64,000 nt of DNA from Kofleriaceae bacterium (GTDB lineage: Bacteria > Myxococcota_A > Polyangia > Haliangiales > Haliangiaceae), in assembly GCA_046597055.1 (NCBI GenBank), contig JBKJLC010000244.1, positions 9,007-73,006 of the forward strand, in the 5' to 3' direction. Of this stretch, positions 11,340-25,446 are shown piece by piece. Each line of letters opens with the position of its first letter. Position 1 is the first letter of the stretch. Both the position numbers and the translations under genes were made by a program. A model generated the notes under the pieces. It was not told where the DNA came from. It saw only the letters and a program-made list of their open reading frames with translations, and made no database searches.

Positions 11340-12893
11340 TTGAGTGCGCGACGTCTGTGGCTGTTGCCCGTGGTCATCCTGGCCGCGTTGTCGCTGACGA
11401 TCTTCGCGGGCTTCTACCTGATCGACCACCTGCGGGGCGGGCCGGGCGGGGCGATCGACCGCTACCTCGACTTCGACGGCGGCATGATCACCGACGCGCT
11501 GCCGGCGCTGGCCGGCATGACCGCGGCCGTGCTCGGCATCGTGATCACGGTGGTGAGCATCATCGTGCAGCTGTCGAGCGAGCGGTACACCGGCGTCGCG
11601 CAGATGTTCCTGCGCGACAAGGTCAACCTCGCGGTCATGGCCTACTTCGTCGTCGCGTGCGTGACCGGGGTGTGGCTGTCGATGGCAGTCCACAGCGACT
11701 TCGTCCCGACCGCGGCGATCCTCGCCATGTTGATCTTCACCACCGGCGGTCTGGTCGTGATGCTGCCGTATTTCGCGTACGTGTTCCGCTTCCTCGAGCC
11801 GCAGAGCATCATCGGGCGGATCCGCGCCCACGCGGTCGAGACCGTCGAGGGCGCGGTCTCGTCCCACGCGCCGGCGCGCGCGGTCGCGGCCCAGCCCGAA
11901 GTCCTGGCCGCGATGGAGGAGCTGACCGACATCACGTCGAACTCGATCTCGGGCAAGGACAAGATCATTGCCAGTCGTGCGGTCGACGCGATCAAGGACT
12001 TCGTCGTGGGCTACCTCGCCGTCAAGGGACGCGCGCCGGGCGCGTGGTTCGGCATCGGCGACGGGATCCGCGACAATCCGGACTTCGTCGCGATGGATCC
12101 CGAGTCGCTGCGCGATCTCGAGGACAACCGCACGTGGGTCGAGTGGAAGGCGCTGCGCCAGTACCTCGGCATCTACAACGAGGCGCAGGGCACGATGCCC
12201 GACATCAACTACCTGGTCGCGATCGATACGCGCTACATCGGCGAGGCCGCGGCCGCGCGCGGCGACGATCAGGTGGTGACGCTGGCGTTCAAGTTCATGA
12301 ACTCGTATCTGCGCGCGACCCTCAACGCCAAGGCGGTGCGGACCGCCTACAACGTGCTCAATCAGTACCGGCACCTGGTCGAGCACATGATCCGCACCGG
12401 CCGCCGCGACCAGGCCGAAGAGGCGGTCGGCCACATGATCTACTACGGCAGGACCAGCTACGACATGCAGCTGGGGTTCGTGACCGAGACGGTGGCGTAC
12501 GATGTCGGCACCCTGGTCGAGCTCGCTCATCACCAAGGTGGGTCTGACGCAGACATGCTGACCATGTTCCTCGAGCTCGACCAGCCGTTGCGGCAGCGCC
12601 GCCAGGAGCACGGGCTGATCGGCATCCGCAAGGCGCAGGTCAAGCTCGCCTGTTATTACCTGATGGTGGGCGCCGACGACCGCGCCCGCCGCATCGCCGA
12701 CGACCTCGCCGGCGAGCCCCTCGAGCGCCGTCAGGCGATCCGCGAGCAGCTCGAACAGGTCGAATCGAAGGACTTCTGGGAGATCATCGATCGCGGCCGC
12801 AATTTCGAGTTCATGCCGCCGGCGCAGCGGTCGCAGATGGAAAAGTTCTTCGGATGGTTTGATGTCATAGGCGCCACGCCGGACCCCGTGTAA
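11340..12893 (+). CDS. DUF2254-like membrane protein with soluble C-terminal helical domain
   Basis: Four predicted TM helices with VSIIVQLSSERYT and FRFLEPQSII motifs; good codon bias. Confidence 0.65.
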   Translation: MSARRLWLLPVVILAALSLTIFAGFYLIDHLRGGPGGAIDRYLDFDGGMITDALPALAGMTAAVLGIVITVVSIIVQLSSERYTGVAQMFLRDKVNLAVMAYFVVACVTGVWLSMAVHSDFVPTAAILAMLIFTTGGLVVMLPYFAYVFRFLEPQSIIGRIRAHAVETVEGAVSSHAPARAVAAQPEVLAAMEELTDITSNSISGKDKIIASRAVDAIKDFVVGYLAVKGRAPGAWFGIGDGIRDNPDFVAMDPESLRDLEDNRTWVEWKALRQYLGIYNEAQGTMPDINYLVAIDTRYIGEAAAARGDDQVVTLAFKFMNSYLRATLNAKAVRTAYNVLNQYRHLVEHMIRTGRRDQAEEAVGHMIYYGRTSYDMQLGFVTETVAYDVGTLVELAHHQGGSDADMLTMFLELDQPLRQRRQEHGLIGIRKAQVKLACYYLMVGADDRARRIADDLAGEPLERRQAIREQLEQVESKDFWEIIDRGRNFEFMPPAQRSQMEKFFGWFDVIGATPDPV

Positions 12894-12902
12894 GATCGAG
12901 CC

Positions 12903-14051
12903 GTGCGAACCCGCGTTATCCACCTTCACGAGGGTCAGGATCGCGGTCACGCCCAGAACGCTCGCACCGGCGTGATGATCGACGGCCCCGGGCCGGCGCA
13001 GGTCGTCACCGCCGGGGGCGCAACTGGCCTGCTCCAGAAGAACTGGCGCGAGGTGCACAAGGTCATCACCAGCTTCGCCACGCCAGGTGTGGCGGTGGTC
13101 GCGGTCGACTGCCTGCGCCAGCGCGTCGCCGGGTCGATGTGCATCGCGGCCAAGCCGGCCGCGATCAATGCCGGCATCGTGGGCCGTCATGGCCAGTGCG
13201 ACCTGTTCCTCGAGGGCGATCCGAGCCTTTCGCTGCGCCACATGGTGGTCGTGGTCGAGCCGATGCGCGAGTGGGGTGGTCCCACGCCGATCGATCTGCG
13301 CTACCGGCTGATCGACCTGCGCACGTCGTCGGCGTTCCGCGACGAGGCCGGCCGCCGGCTCGAGGCGGCGACGGTCGAGGGCCCCGCCTTCGTGTTCGTC
13401 GGGCGCTACGCGCTGTTCTGCTTCCCGACCGGCGGTGAGGGCGAGTGGCCCGAGCGCGCCGAGGATGCAGTCGCGGCCCTGCCGGACCGCATCTACCTCG
13501 ACGAGCGTGATGCCGAGCCCGACCGCTGGCGGCGCCGACGCCGCGGCGAGGGCGGCAAGAGCGCCCAGCCGCCCCGGGCTGGGAACCTCGCCGCGTCCGC
13601 GGCCAGCTTCGACCGCTGGGCCGAGGGCAGCGAGGTCCACGACGAGCGGCGCTCCCAGGTGAGCACCCGCGTGACCAGCACCAGCGGGCCGGCGCGCGCG
13701 CGCGTCGATCACCCGGGCGAGGACGAGGTCCTGTTCGGCACCATCGAGATCACCTCGCGCCTGGGCGCCGACCGCGTCCGCATCGGCGCGGACGCCGCCG
13801 GCCGCGGCCTCCTGCTCGGCCGCTACAGCCGGTGCGACACGGCTGGCGCGGCCTCGCTGGCGCTCGAGAAAATCTCGCGCGTTCATCTGCTGCTGGTGCG
13901 CGTGGGCGACGATCTATGGGCGATCGATACCGCCTCGACCAACGGCGTCTCCGCCGCGGGCGAAGACGTGCGCGTCCACCGCATGCGCGCTGGCGAGGAT
14001 CTTGCCCTCGCCGACGGCACCAGCGCCATCCGCTGGCAGCCCCTGCACTGA
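12903..14051 (+). CDS. FHA domain-containing protein (probably two FHA-like modules)
   Basis: C-terminal LLGRYSRCD...ISRVH...DTASTNGV FHA motif. N-terminal VGRHGQCD...LSLRH looks like a second, degenerate FHA. Confidence 0.8.
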   Translation: MRTRVIHLHEGQDRGHAQNARTGVMIDGPGPAQVVTAGGATGLLQKNWREVHKVITSFATPGVAVVAVDCLRQRVAGSMCIAAKPAAINAGIVGRHGQCDLFLEGDPSLSLRHMVVVVEPMREWGGPTPIDLRYRLIDLRTSSAFRDEAGRRLEAATVEGPAFVFVGRYALFCFPTGGEGEWPERAEDAVAALPDRIYLDERDAEPDRWRRRRRGEGGKSAQPPRAGNLAASAASFDRWAEGSEVHDERRSQVSTRVTSTSGPARARVDHPGEDEVLFGTIEITSRLGADRVRIGADAAGRGLLLGRYSRCDTAGAASLALEKISRVHLLLVRVGDDLWAIDTASTNGVSAAGEDVRVHRMRAGEDLALADGTSAIRWQPLH

Positions 14052-14055
14052 TCCG

Positions 14056-14414
14056 CTGCCCTCCGGATCCCGCACATCTTTCCGGTGTCCCTGAGCGAAG
14101 GGCGCGCTGCGAGCCCGGAGTCGAAGGGCCAGCGGCCAGCGCGCGGCTCAGGGCCACCGGAACAGGATCCGGGCCAGGCGAGGAGGCGCCGCGCCAGCCG
14201 ACCTCGCGCCGGTGTCGGGGCCGGGCGAGGCGGCCCAATGCCAGCCGACCTCGCGCCCGTGTCGGGGCGAGGCGAGGCGGCCCGGCTGCGAGGCGACGGA
14301 GGGACCCACGAGAACCGGTGTCCCTGAGCGCAGCGCGAAGCGCGGAGTCGAAGGGCCTCTTGGTCGTGACGAAGCGGGGAGGACCCGGCAACGACGCAGG
14401 CGGGGCCCGCAGCC
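14056..14414. repeat. REP/BIME-like mosaic repeat cluster 1
   Basis: Two CCGGTGTCCCTGAGC-hairpin-GTCGAAGGG units (14082-14128, 14315-14355), a 47-bp tandem duplication (14193-14283), and modules shared with 22016-22059, 48882-48996 and 63589-63628. Confidence 0.85.
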
Positions 14415-14445
14415 CGCCCCGACGCCCGCAGCCCGGTCCGCGCCG

Positions 14446-14490
14446 AAAAATCGGAAGGCTGTTGCGCCCCCCCGGACACAACAGCCCTCC
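14446..14490 (-). terminator. intrinsic terminator downstream of the cold-shock gene
   Basis: Minus strand GGAGGGCUGUUGUG/CGCAACAGCCUUCC stem with G-U pairs that work only on this strand, followed by GAUUUUU. Confidence 0.7.
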
Positions 14491-14578
14491 TGTTGCTTGC
14501 GCGTTGGCGGCCGTCCCCCCCGGTTCGGCCGCGTTCGCACGGGGTTCGTTCAGGACCCCCCTTTTGAGTCTCCTGGCT

Positions 14579-14791
14579 TCAGGCGACTCCCACCTTTTCT
14601 ACACTGGCTGCGAAGAGGCCCTTGGAGCCGACGTTCTCCGTGTATTCCACGGTCTGGCCCTGGACCAGCGTGCGGAACCCATCGCCCTGGATGGATGAGT
14701 AATGGACGAACACGTCCTTCCCATCCTCAGCACGGGAGATAAAGCCGTAGCCTTTCGCGTCGTTGAACCATTTCACTGTTCCGAGTGCCAT
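14579..14791 (-). CDS. csp: cold-shock protein (CspA family)
   Basis: GTVKWFNDAKGYGFI (RNP1) and DVFVHYS (RNP2), 70 aa, GGAGG SD. Confidence 0.96.
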   Translation of the reverse strand: MALGTVKWFNDAKGYGFISRAEDGKDVFVHYSSIQGDGFRTLVQGQTVEYTENVGSKGLFAASVEKVGVA

Positions 14792-15063
14792 CGTTACAAC
14801 CTCCGGTCCTCACGGCCCACCCACGGACCGCCTCCTCCCTTCAAACATGCGGGGCAGTTGTTCTCAACGAATGGCTGAGGAATTCAGCCCAGCGTTGGAA
14901 TACTTCCATCTAACTGAACTTCGAGGAGAAAATTGGTTCGGTCACTCGCGGTCTCGCCACCGCGTTGCCCCGGAACCACGCAACCGCCGACACACGGGGC
15001 TGGCCACCAAACGCGTGCGTCCCGCGCCGGCAGCGCGGTCGCCCCGCCAACAATGAGTCGGTA

Positions 15064-17205
<2,142 letters not shown>

Positions 17206-17399
17206 GTCTCAGTTTGACACGGCCCAAGGGCCGGCGGTGAGAGGTTCTAACGAGCGTCGTATCCGGCTGATCCGCGCTGGCATCAGGCCCACATCCTCGA
17301 GACTTGGACCGAGTGCCGCCGGGATCGGTTGCCTCTGGCCCCGCCGAGCGGCGGGGCGCACCACAAGCGCGGCAAAGCGAAGGTTTGCCCTTGCCGACT

Positions 17400-18077
17400 T
17401 CAGAGCTTCCGGTACACGCCGACCACGATCCCGATGATGTCGACCGACTTGAACTCGGCCTTGCGCACGTAGATCGGCGCCATGTTCGAGTTGGCCGGCT
17501 GAAACCGGATGCGATCTCCCTCGGGAAAGTACCGCTTCACGGTGGCCTCGCCCTCGATCATCGCGACCACGATGTCGCCCGGGCGTGCGGTCACGGTCTT
17601 CTTCACGAAGACGAAGTCGCCGTCGAAGATCCCGTCATCGATCATCGATTCGCCGACGATGCGCAGCCCGAAGACGTCGCGGTGGTTGCCGACCAGGACC
17701 CGGTCGATGCGAACGGTGTCCTCGACGTTCTCGACCGCCAGGATCGGAAGGCCGGCCGCGACTCGGCCCAGGATCGGGATCTCGATCATGTCCTCGTCGG
17801 TCACCACCGGCGCGACGCCATCGGCCTGGCGGCGACGCTCGGCCAGCGATACGACGTTGGCCATCGCGACCGGGCGCATCGCGCGCGACTTGAGGTCCTC
17901 GCGCCGGAGGTACCCCTTCTTCTCGAGCGCTTTCAGATGATCGTTGACCCCGTTGGTTGACCGGATGCCGAAGTGCTCGCCAATCTCACGTAGGGTGGGC
18001 GGAAAGCCACGACCATTGATTGAATCCGCAATGAAATCGAGGATTTGCTGTTGACGTTCGGTGAGCAAGTCGGGCAT
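17400..18077 (-). CDS. lexA: SOS repressor LexA
   Basis: [32 protein letters not shown] cleavage site, GESM serine, ATVKR lysine; GAGG SD. Confidence 0.97.
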   Translation of the reverse strand: MPDLLTERQQQILDFIADSINGRGFPPTLREIGEHFGIRSTNGVNDHLKALEKKGYLRREDLKSRAMRPVAMANVVSLAERRRQADGVAPVVTDEDMIEIPILGRVAAGLPILAVENVEDTVRIDRVLVGNHRDVFGLRIVGESMIDDGIFDGDFVFVKKTVTARPGDIVVAMIEGEATVKRYFPEGDRIRFQPANSNMAPIYVRKAEFKSVDIIGIVVGVYRKL

Positions 18078-18097
18078 GGGTGCACCTCTGAGAGGAC

Positions 18098-18139
18098 CTG
18101 AACGGATACACCGTACTGAACGTCCATGCACCCTGTCAA
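18098..18139 (-). promoter_or_regulatory. lexA promoter (TTGACA-N18-TACGGT) with two GTTCAG LexA half-sites
   Basis: Minus strand TTGACA at 18139-18134 and TACGGT at 18115-18110. CGTTCAG occurs at 18116-18122 and 18098-18104, matching the conserved half of the Myxococcus LexA box. Confidence 0.6.
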
Positions 18140-18194
18140 ACTTTCGCCCGGGAATATGTGCGAGCGACGGCGCGCTGGGAGTAAGGAAGCATCG

Positions 18195-19115
18195 ATGGTC
18201 CTCGAACGCGCACTGTGCGTGCTGGCGGTGCTCGCGATGGCCGCGCCGGCCGGCGCTGCCTGGGGGCCGACCTACCGATCGGGCGACGTCGCCGAGCTGC
18301 GCCGGGCGGCCATGAACGGCGGCGCCGCGGCCGTGCGCCAGCGGCTACGCAGCCGGGACCGGGGGACGGTGCTGGGCGCGATCGTCGCCGCCGAGGCGGC
18401 CGGCGACGCCTGGGAGCTGCTCGATGATCTGGCGGTGCTCGCCAGCGGGTGGGATCGCGCCACCGCCGCGCCGGCCGCCCACGCCGCGGCCCGGATCGCG
18501 CGCACGATCGACGGCGAACGGATGATCCGGCTCGACGTGCCCGACGACCGGATCGCCGACGCGGCGGCGGCGTGGCGCACGCTGGCCGAGCGCGGCGATC
18601 GCTGGAGCGACGTCCGGGTTCACGCGCTCGAGGTCGCGGCGCGGTTGGATGGCGCGCGGGTGGCCACCGCCGAGACCGCGCCCGACGTCGCCGCCGACCT
18701 GCTCGTGCTGGCCGCGGATCCAGATCCCGAGGTGCGGCGCGCCGCCCTCGAGCTGGTGCCGATCCCGGCGGCTGCGAGCGCGTGGCCGGCGCTGGTCGCA
18801 CGGGTCGTGGACGATCGGGTGCCGGCGGTACAGCTGGCAGCGGCGCAGACCCTGTGCGCCGGGCTGCCACACGATGCCGCGGCGGTGCTGGCCGCGCTCG
18901 GTCCGGCCGGCCTCGAGGCGATGCGGGTCGCGGCCCGGTCGTCCGGCTCCGGCGCCGCCGCGGTCGCGGTCGCGCGCTGCCTGGCCGCCGATCCCGATCC
19001 GCGCTCGCAGCGCGCGCTCCTCCAGCTGCGCCACACCGCGCCGCCGACCGTGCGAGGCGCGATCGCCCGGGTCGCCGCGACCATCGACCCCGCGCGCCCG
19101 GCGAGCGCCCCGTGA
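18195..19115 (+). CDS. secreted HEAT-repeat-like protein
   Basis: Signal peptide, repeats such as [20 protein letters not shown] overlap with murJ. Confidence 0.6.
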   Translation: MVLERALCVLAVLAMAAPAGAAWGPTYRSGDVAELRRAAMNGGAAAVRQRLRSRDRGTVLGAIVAAEAAGDAWELLDDLAVLASGWDRATAAPAAHAAARIARTIDGERMIRLDVPDDRIADAAAAWRTLAERGDRWSDVRVHALEVAARLDGARVATAETAPDVAADLLVLAADPDPEVRRAALELVPIPAAASAWPALVARVVDDRVPAVQLAAAQTLCAGLPHDAAAVLAALGPAGLEAMRVAARSSGSGAAAVAVARCLAADPDPRSQRALLQLRHTAPPTVRGAIARVAATIDPARPASAP

Positions 19116-20692
19116 GCCGCCGGCTGGGCCGGGCCGCCGGCCTGATCTCGCTGGCGACCATGCTGTCGCGCGTGCTCGGCCTGGTCCGCGAGCAGCTGTT
19201 CGCCGCGCTCATGGGTGCGTCGAAGTACTCCGACGCGTTCATCGCCGCGTTCCGCATTCCGAACCTGCTGCGCGATCTGCTCGCCGAGGGCGCGCTGTCG
19301 CAGGCGTTCGTGCCCACCTTCAAGGGCGAGCTGCGCGAGAAGGGGCAGCCCGGCGCGTACCGGCTCGGCAACCTCGTCGCCGGCAACCTCGGCGTGCTCG
19401 TGCTGGTGCTGATCGGCGTCGCGCTGGTGTTCACGCCCGAGATCGTCCTGGTGCTCGCGCGCGACTACGCCGACGTCCCGGGCAAGGTCGAGCTCACCGT
19501 CGAGCTGACCCGGGTGATGATGCCCTTTCTCCTGTTCGTGACCTGGGCCGCGGTCGCGATGGGCATGCTGAACTCGCAGGAGCGCTACGGCGCGCCGGCC
19601 CTGGCACCGGCGATGTTCAACGTGGTCGCGATCATCATCGGCGCCGGGCTGCACTTCGCGGGGATGAGCGGGCGCGACGTGGTGGTGGGCTGGGCGGTCG
19701 GGACCCTGGTCGCTGGCCTCGCCCAGCTCGCGATCCAGCTGCCGACCCTGTGGCGGATGGGCTGGCGGCCGCGCCTGCGGCTCGATCTCCGGCTGCGCGA
19801 TCCGGCGGTGCGTCGGGTCGCACTCGTGATGGCGCCGGCCATCATCTCGGTGGCCGCGGTCCAGGTGAACGTCTTCGTCAACACCACGTTCGCGTCGGGC
19901 GAGCCGGGCGCGGTGTCGTGGCTCAACTATGCGTTCCGCTTCCTGCAGCTGCCGATCGGCGTGTTCGGCGTCGCGATCGCGACCGTGACGACCACCCGGT
20001 TCGCCGACGCCGCGGCCGAGCAGGATCCGGCGGCGCTGTCGCGCCACCTGGTCGAGGGACTCCGCCTGGTCGCGTTCCTGTGCGTGCCAGCCACGGTCGG
20101 CCTGATCGTCCTGGGCGAGCCGATCATCCGGCTCATCTACCAGCACGGCCGCTTCCTTCCGACCGACACCGACGCGACCGCGCAGGCGCTCGACTTCTAC
20201 GTCACCGGGCTGGTCGCCTACGCGGCGGTCAAGGTGCTGGCGCCCGCCTTCTACGCCATGCGGCTGACCCGGATCGCGGTGGTGGCGTCGGTGTCCGCGG
20301 TCGCCGGCAACGTGCTGGGCAACGCGCTGCTCCACCCGTACTACGGCTACCGGATCCTCGCGCTCGGCACCGCGCTGTCGGCCGTGATCAACTGCGCGAT
20401 CCTGTACTTCAGCTTCCACCGCTTCATCTCGCCCATCCCGCACGGCGCCCTGATCCGCTACCTGCTGCGGATCAGCCTGGCGGCGGCGATCATGGCGGGG
20501 GTCACCTGGCTGACCGCGACCGGGCTGGACGCGGGGCTCGGCCACCACGGCTTCATCGCCCGCGCGATCGTCGTGTTCGGGTCGGTCGGGGTCGGCGCTG
20601 CCGTCTATGCGGCCGCCTGCGTGGTGCTGCGGATCGAGGAGCTGGAGCCGGTCCTGGCCAAGATCAGCCGGCGCCTGCGCCGGCGCCCCTGA
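19112..20692 (+). CDS. murJ: lipid II flippase MurJ (MviN)
   Basis: [47 protein letters not shown], many TM helices. Confidence 0.95.
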   Translation: MSRRLGRAAGLISLATMLSRVLGLVREQLFAALMGASKYSDAFIAAFRIPNLLRDLLAEGALSQAFVPTFKGELREKGQPGAYRLGNLVAGNLGVLVLVLIGVALVFTPEIVLVLARDYADVPGKVELTVELTRVMMPFLLFVTWAAVAMGMLNSQERYGAPALAPAMFNVVAIIIGAGLHFAGMSGRDVVVGWAVGTLVAGLAQLAIQLPTLWRMGWRPRLRLDLRLRDPAVRRVALVMAPAIISVAAVQVNVFVNTTFASGEPGAVSWLNYAFRFLQLPIGVFGVAIATVTTTRFADAAAEQDPAALSRHLVEGLRLVAFLCVPATVGLIVLGEPIIRLIYQHGRFLPTDTDATAQALDFYVTGLVAYAAVKVLAPAFYAMRLTRIAVVASVSAVAGNVLGNALLHPYYGYRILALGTALSAVINCAILYFSFHRFISPIPHGALIRYLLRISLAAAIMAGVTWLTATGLDAGLGHHGFIARAIVVFGSVGVGAAVYAAACVVLRIEELEPVLAKISRRLRRRP

Positions 20693-20728
20693 TCGCGCGC
20701 GGGGCGGTGCTAGAGTGCGCGCTGGGGG

Positions 20729-21949
20729 ATGGCGCCGATGGACCGCGTTGCTTTCGAGACGGCTCGCCTCGAGCTCGCCCGCATCCAGATCAAGCCGCTC
20801 AGCGGCCAGTCCCACGCGCTCGAGCACGCGCTCAAGCTGTGCGCGCGGACGCTGAAGGTCGAGCGGGTCGGCTACTGGGAGCTGTCGCCGGACGGTGAGC
20901 GGCTGGTGTGCCGGCTGGTCTACTCGCTGGCGCGCGACGAGATCGGCGCCGGCGACGTCCTGACCCGGTCGCGCTATCCGACCTACTGGACGGCGCTGCA
21001 CGAGAAGCGCGTCATCGCCGCGCACGACGTCTCGGCCGACCCGGCCACCGCCGAGCTGTGGACGAGCTACCTGCGGCCGCTCGGCATCGGCGCGATGCTC
21101 GACGCGCCGGTCTATCGCAGCGGCGAGCTGTGCGGCGTGGTCTGCCTGGAGCACGTGGGGCCGGCGCGCACCTGGACTGCCGAGGAGATCAACTTCGGGA
21201 GCTCGGTCGCCGATCTGTTCTCGATGTTGCTCGAGCAAGGCGATCGCCTGGCCGCGCAGGAGCAGCTGCGGCTGCACATCGGCGACGTGGTGGCGTCGGA
21301 GAAGCTGGCGGTGCTCGAGGACCTGTCGCGGGCGGTCGCCCACGACTTCGCGAACCTCATCACCGCGGTCGAGCTGGTCGCGGCGCGGCTCCGCCAGCGC
21401 TCGGGCGAGGACGTCGAGCTGGCCACCGGGCTCGAGAGCGTCGCCCACGTGGCGGGCGACCTGCTCGGGCAGCTGCGCCGGTTCGGGGCGCGCACCACGG
21501 CCGGGCCGGTCACGCTGCCGCTGCGCCAGGTGGTCGAGCGGATCGCGCCGATCCTGTCGACGCTCACCCGCGGCGTGGCCGAGCTGTCGGTCGAGCTGGC
21601 GGTCGAGCCCGACGACGTGGCCGCGGTGACCGCCGACAAGCTCGAGCAGATCATCCTCAACCTCACGCTCAACGCGCGCGACGCGATCGACATCCACGGC
21701 AAGGTGACCCTGCGCGCGCGCCCCGATGGCGATGCGCTCGTGATCGAGGTCGCCGACGATGGCGCCGGCATGGCGCCCCAGGTGGTCGAGCGGATCTGGG
21801 AGCCGTACTTCACGACCAAGAAGACCGGCACCGGCCTCGGCCTCGCCACGGTCCGCGCGATCGTCACCGCCGTCGGTGGGACGATCGACGTCGAGACCAC
21901 GCTCGGCGTGGGCACGACCTTCCGGGTCCGGCTGCCGCGCGCCGGCTAG
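20729..21949 (+). CDS. GAF-sensor histidine kinase
   Basis: GAF domain (MLDAPV...GVVCLEH), H-box AHDFAN, NARDA, DDGAGM, YFTTK, GTGLGL. Confidence 0.9.
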   Translation: MAPMDRVAFETARLELARIQIKPLSGQSHALEHALKLCARTLKVERVGYWELSPDGERLVCRLVYSLARDEIGAGDVLTRSRYPTYWTALHEKRVIAAHDVSADPATAELWTSYLRPLGIGAMLDAPVYRSGELCGVVCLEHVGPARTWTAEEINFGSSVADLFSMLLEQGDRLAAQEQLRLHIGDVVASEKLAVLEDLSRAVAHDFANLITAVELVAARLRQRSGEDVELATGLESVAHVAGDLLGQLRRFGARTTAGPVTLPLRQVVERIAPILSTLTRGVAELSVELAVEPDDVAAVTADKLEQIILNLTLNARDAIDIHGKVTLRARPDGDALVIEVADDGAGMAPQVVERIWEPYFTTKKTGTGLGLATVRAIVTAVGGTIDVETTLGVGTTFRVRLPRAG

Positions 21950-21966
21950 CAGAATCCCGAGGACGG

Positions 21967-22059
21967 CCCTTCGACGCGGCGCTGCGCGCCTTGCTCAGGG
22001 ATACCGGTCCTCCCAGGGGCCCCACCGCCGCCTCGCCTCCGAGGCTCCTCGCTCGCTGC
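21967..22059 (-). repeat. REP-like repeat cluster 2 between convergent genes
   Basis: Reverse-oriented core CCCTTCGAC-hairpin-GCTCAGGGATACCGG (21967-22007) plus a 44-bp module (22016-22059) that is 42/44 identical to 48953-48996. Confidence 0.85.
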
Positions 22060-22080
22060 CAGGAGGGAGCGGCATTGCTC

Positions 22081-23133
22081 TTAGACCCGGAAGACGGCGG
22101 CGCCCCAGGTGAAGCCCGAGCCGAACACGGACGACACGATCAGGTCGCCCTTCTTGACCTTGCCCTCCTTGCGCCAGTGGTCGATCGTGAGCGGCACGGT
22201 CGCGGCGGTGGTGTTGCCGAAGAACTGGATCGTGTTGAGGCACTTCTCGGGCGGGATCTTGGCCAGCGCCGCGACCTGCTCGTTGATGCGCAGGTTGGCC
22301 TGGTGCGGCACGAACCAGTCGACGTCGTCCCAGGTCAGGCCGGTCTCGGCCAGCGCGCGCTGCGTCGCCAGGTTCATCTCGCGCACCGCACGCACGTAGA
22401 CGCGCTTGCCATCCATGTGCGGGTACATCGCCTGGTTGTGCTCGCGATCGCTGCGGTCGTACTGCAGGTACGGCGTCTTCGAGATGTCGAACAGCTGCAC
22501 GTAGAGCGACTCGGCGCCGGTGCCATCGGCCGACACCTTGGTGTACATGATGCCGGCCCGGGGATCGTCGGTCTCCAGCGGCCCGAGCACGACCGCGCCG
22601 GCGCCATCGCCGAACAGCACCATCACGTCGCGGCCGCGGGTCGAGTAGTCGAGCGAGTGGCTGTGGATCTCGGCGCCGACCAGCAGGATGCGCTTGTAGA
22701 CCCCGGCCCGGATGAAGGCGTCGGCCATCTGCATGCCGTAGAGGAACGCCGAGCACTGCTGGCGGATGTCGAAGCACGGGCAGTGGGTCTTGTCGGCGAT
22801 GCCGAGCTTGCGCTGCAGGTACACGCCGGTGCCCGGGAAGTGCAGGTCGGGTGACAGCGTGCCGACGATGATGCAGTCGATCTCCTCGGCGCCGACGCCA
22901 GCATCGGCCAGCGCGCGCTTCGAGGCCTCGAGCGCGAGGTCGCTGGTGTACGTGCCCGGGTCGGCGTAGCGACGCTCCTTGATGCCGGTGCGCTGCTGGA
23001 TCCAGGCGTCGTCGGTCTCGGTGAGCCTGGTCGCCTGTCGCTCATGCCGGTCGTTGAGATACGGAATCTCTTCGTTCATGACGACGCGGTCGGGCACGTA
23101 CGAACCAAGGCCGAGGAACTGGGTGCGGATCAT
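22081..23133 (-). CDS. fabH: 3-oxoacyl-ACP synthase III (FabH family)
   Basis: [12 protein letters not shown], catalytic [33 protein letters not shown]. Confidence 0.9.
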   Translation of the reverse strand: MIRTQFLGLGSYVPDRVVMNEEIPYLNDRHERQATRLTETDDAWIQQRTGIKERRYADPGTYTSDLALEASKRALADAGVGAEEIDCIIVGTLSPDLHFPGTGVYLQRKLGIADKTHCPCFDIRQQCSAFLYGMQMADAFIRAGVYKRILLVGAEIHSHSLDYSTRGRDVMVLFGDGAGAVVLGPLETDDPRAGIMYTKVSADGTGAESLYVQLFDISKTPYLQYDRSDREHNQAMYPHMDGKRVYVRAVREMNLATQRALAETGLTWDDVDWFVPHQANLRINEQVAALAKIPPEKCLNTIQFFGNTTAATVPLTIDHWRKEGKVKKGDLIVSSVFGSGFTWGAAVFRV

Positions 23134-23231
23134 GTGCGGTATCGATATCGCGACGGGGCCGCGCTGCCAAGCATGGTGCCGTGGCGGAAAGCGGTTCATG
23201 GCGGGGTGCGTCAGTGGCGCGGCGACCGCAG

Positions 23232-25295
<2,064 letters not shown>

Positions 25296-25446
25296 GGCGA
25301 GGGAAGCAGAGCCGGCTCTGCTGATCCGTACAGATCGGGCGCGGGCGCTGGCCCGCGGCCGACCGATCGAAAGGGCGGGTGGGAAGCGAAAGCTTCACAC
25401 CCTCTGACGCGCCGGCGCGGCGGTCACGGCGCCCGATCGATGACCG

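Noticed and set aside
10167..13886. Very long alternative-frame ORFs (e.g. 1239 aa here, 1025 aa at 18620-21697, 984 aa at 58923-61877)
   Set aside because: These are shadow ORFs of high-GC coding DNA. They overlap well-supported genes, are Arg/Ala/Gly/Pro-rich and carry no recognisable motifs.
14082..14355. Repeat cluster as a CRISPR array
   Set aside because: Units are few, variable in length, irregularly spaced and dispersed in both orientations; there are no unique equal-length spacers and no cas genes.
17240..17250. AGAGGTTCTA resembles the start of a preQ1-I riboswitch
   Set aside because: The complementary CCTCT is about 90 nt away, there is no A-rich tail, and no queuosine gene follows.
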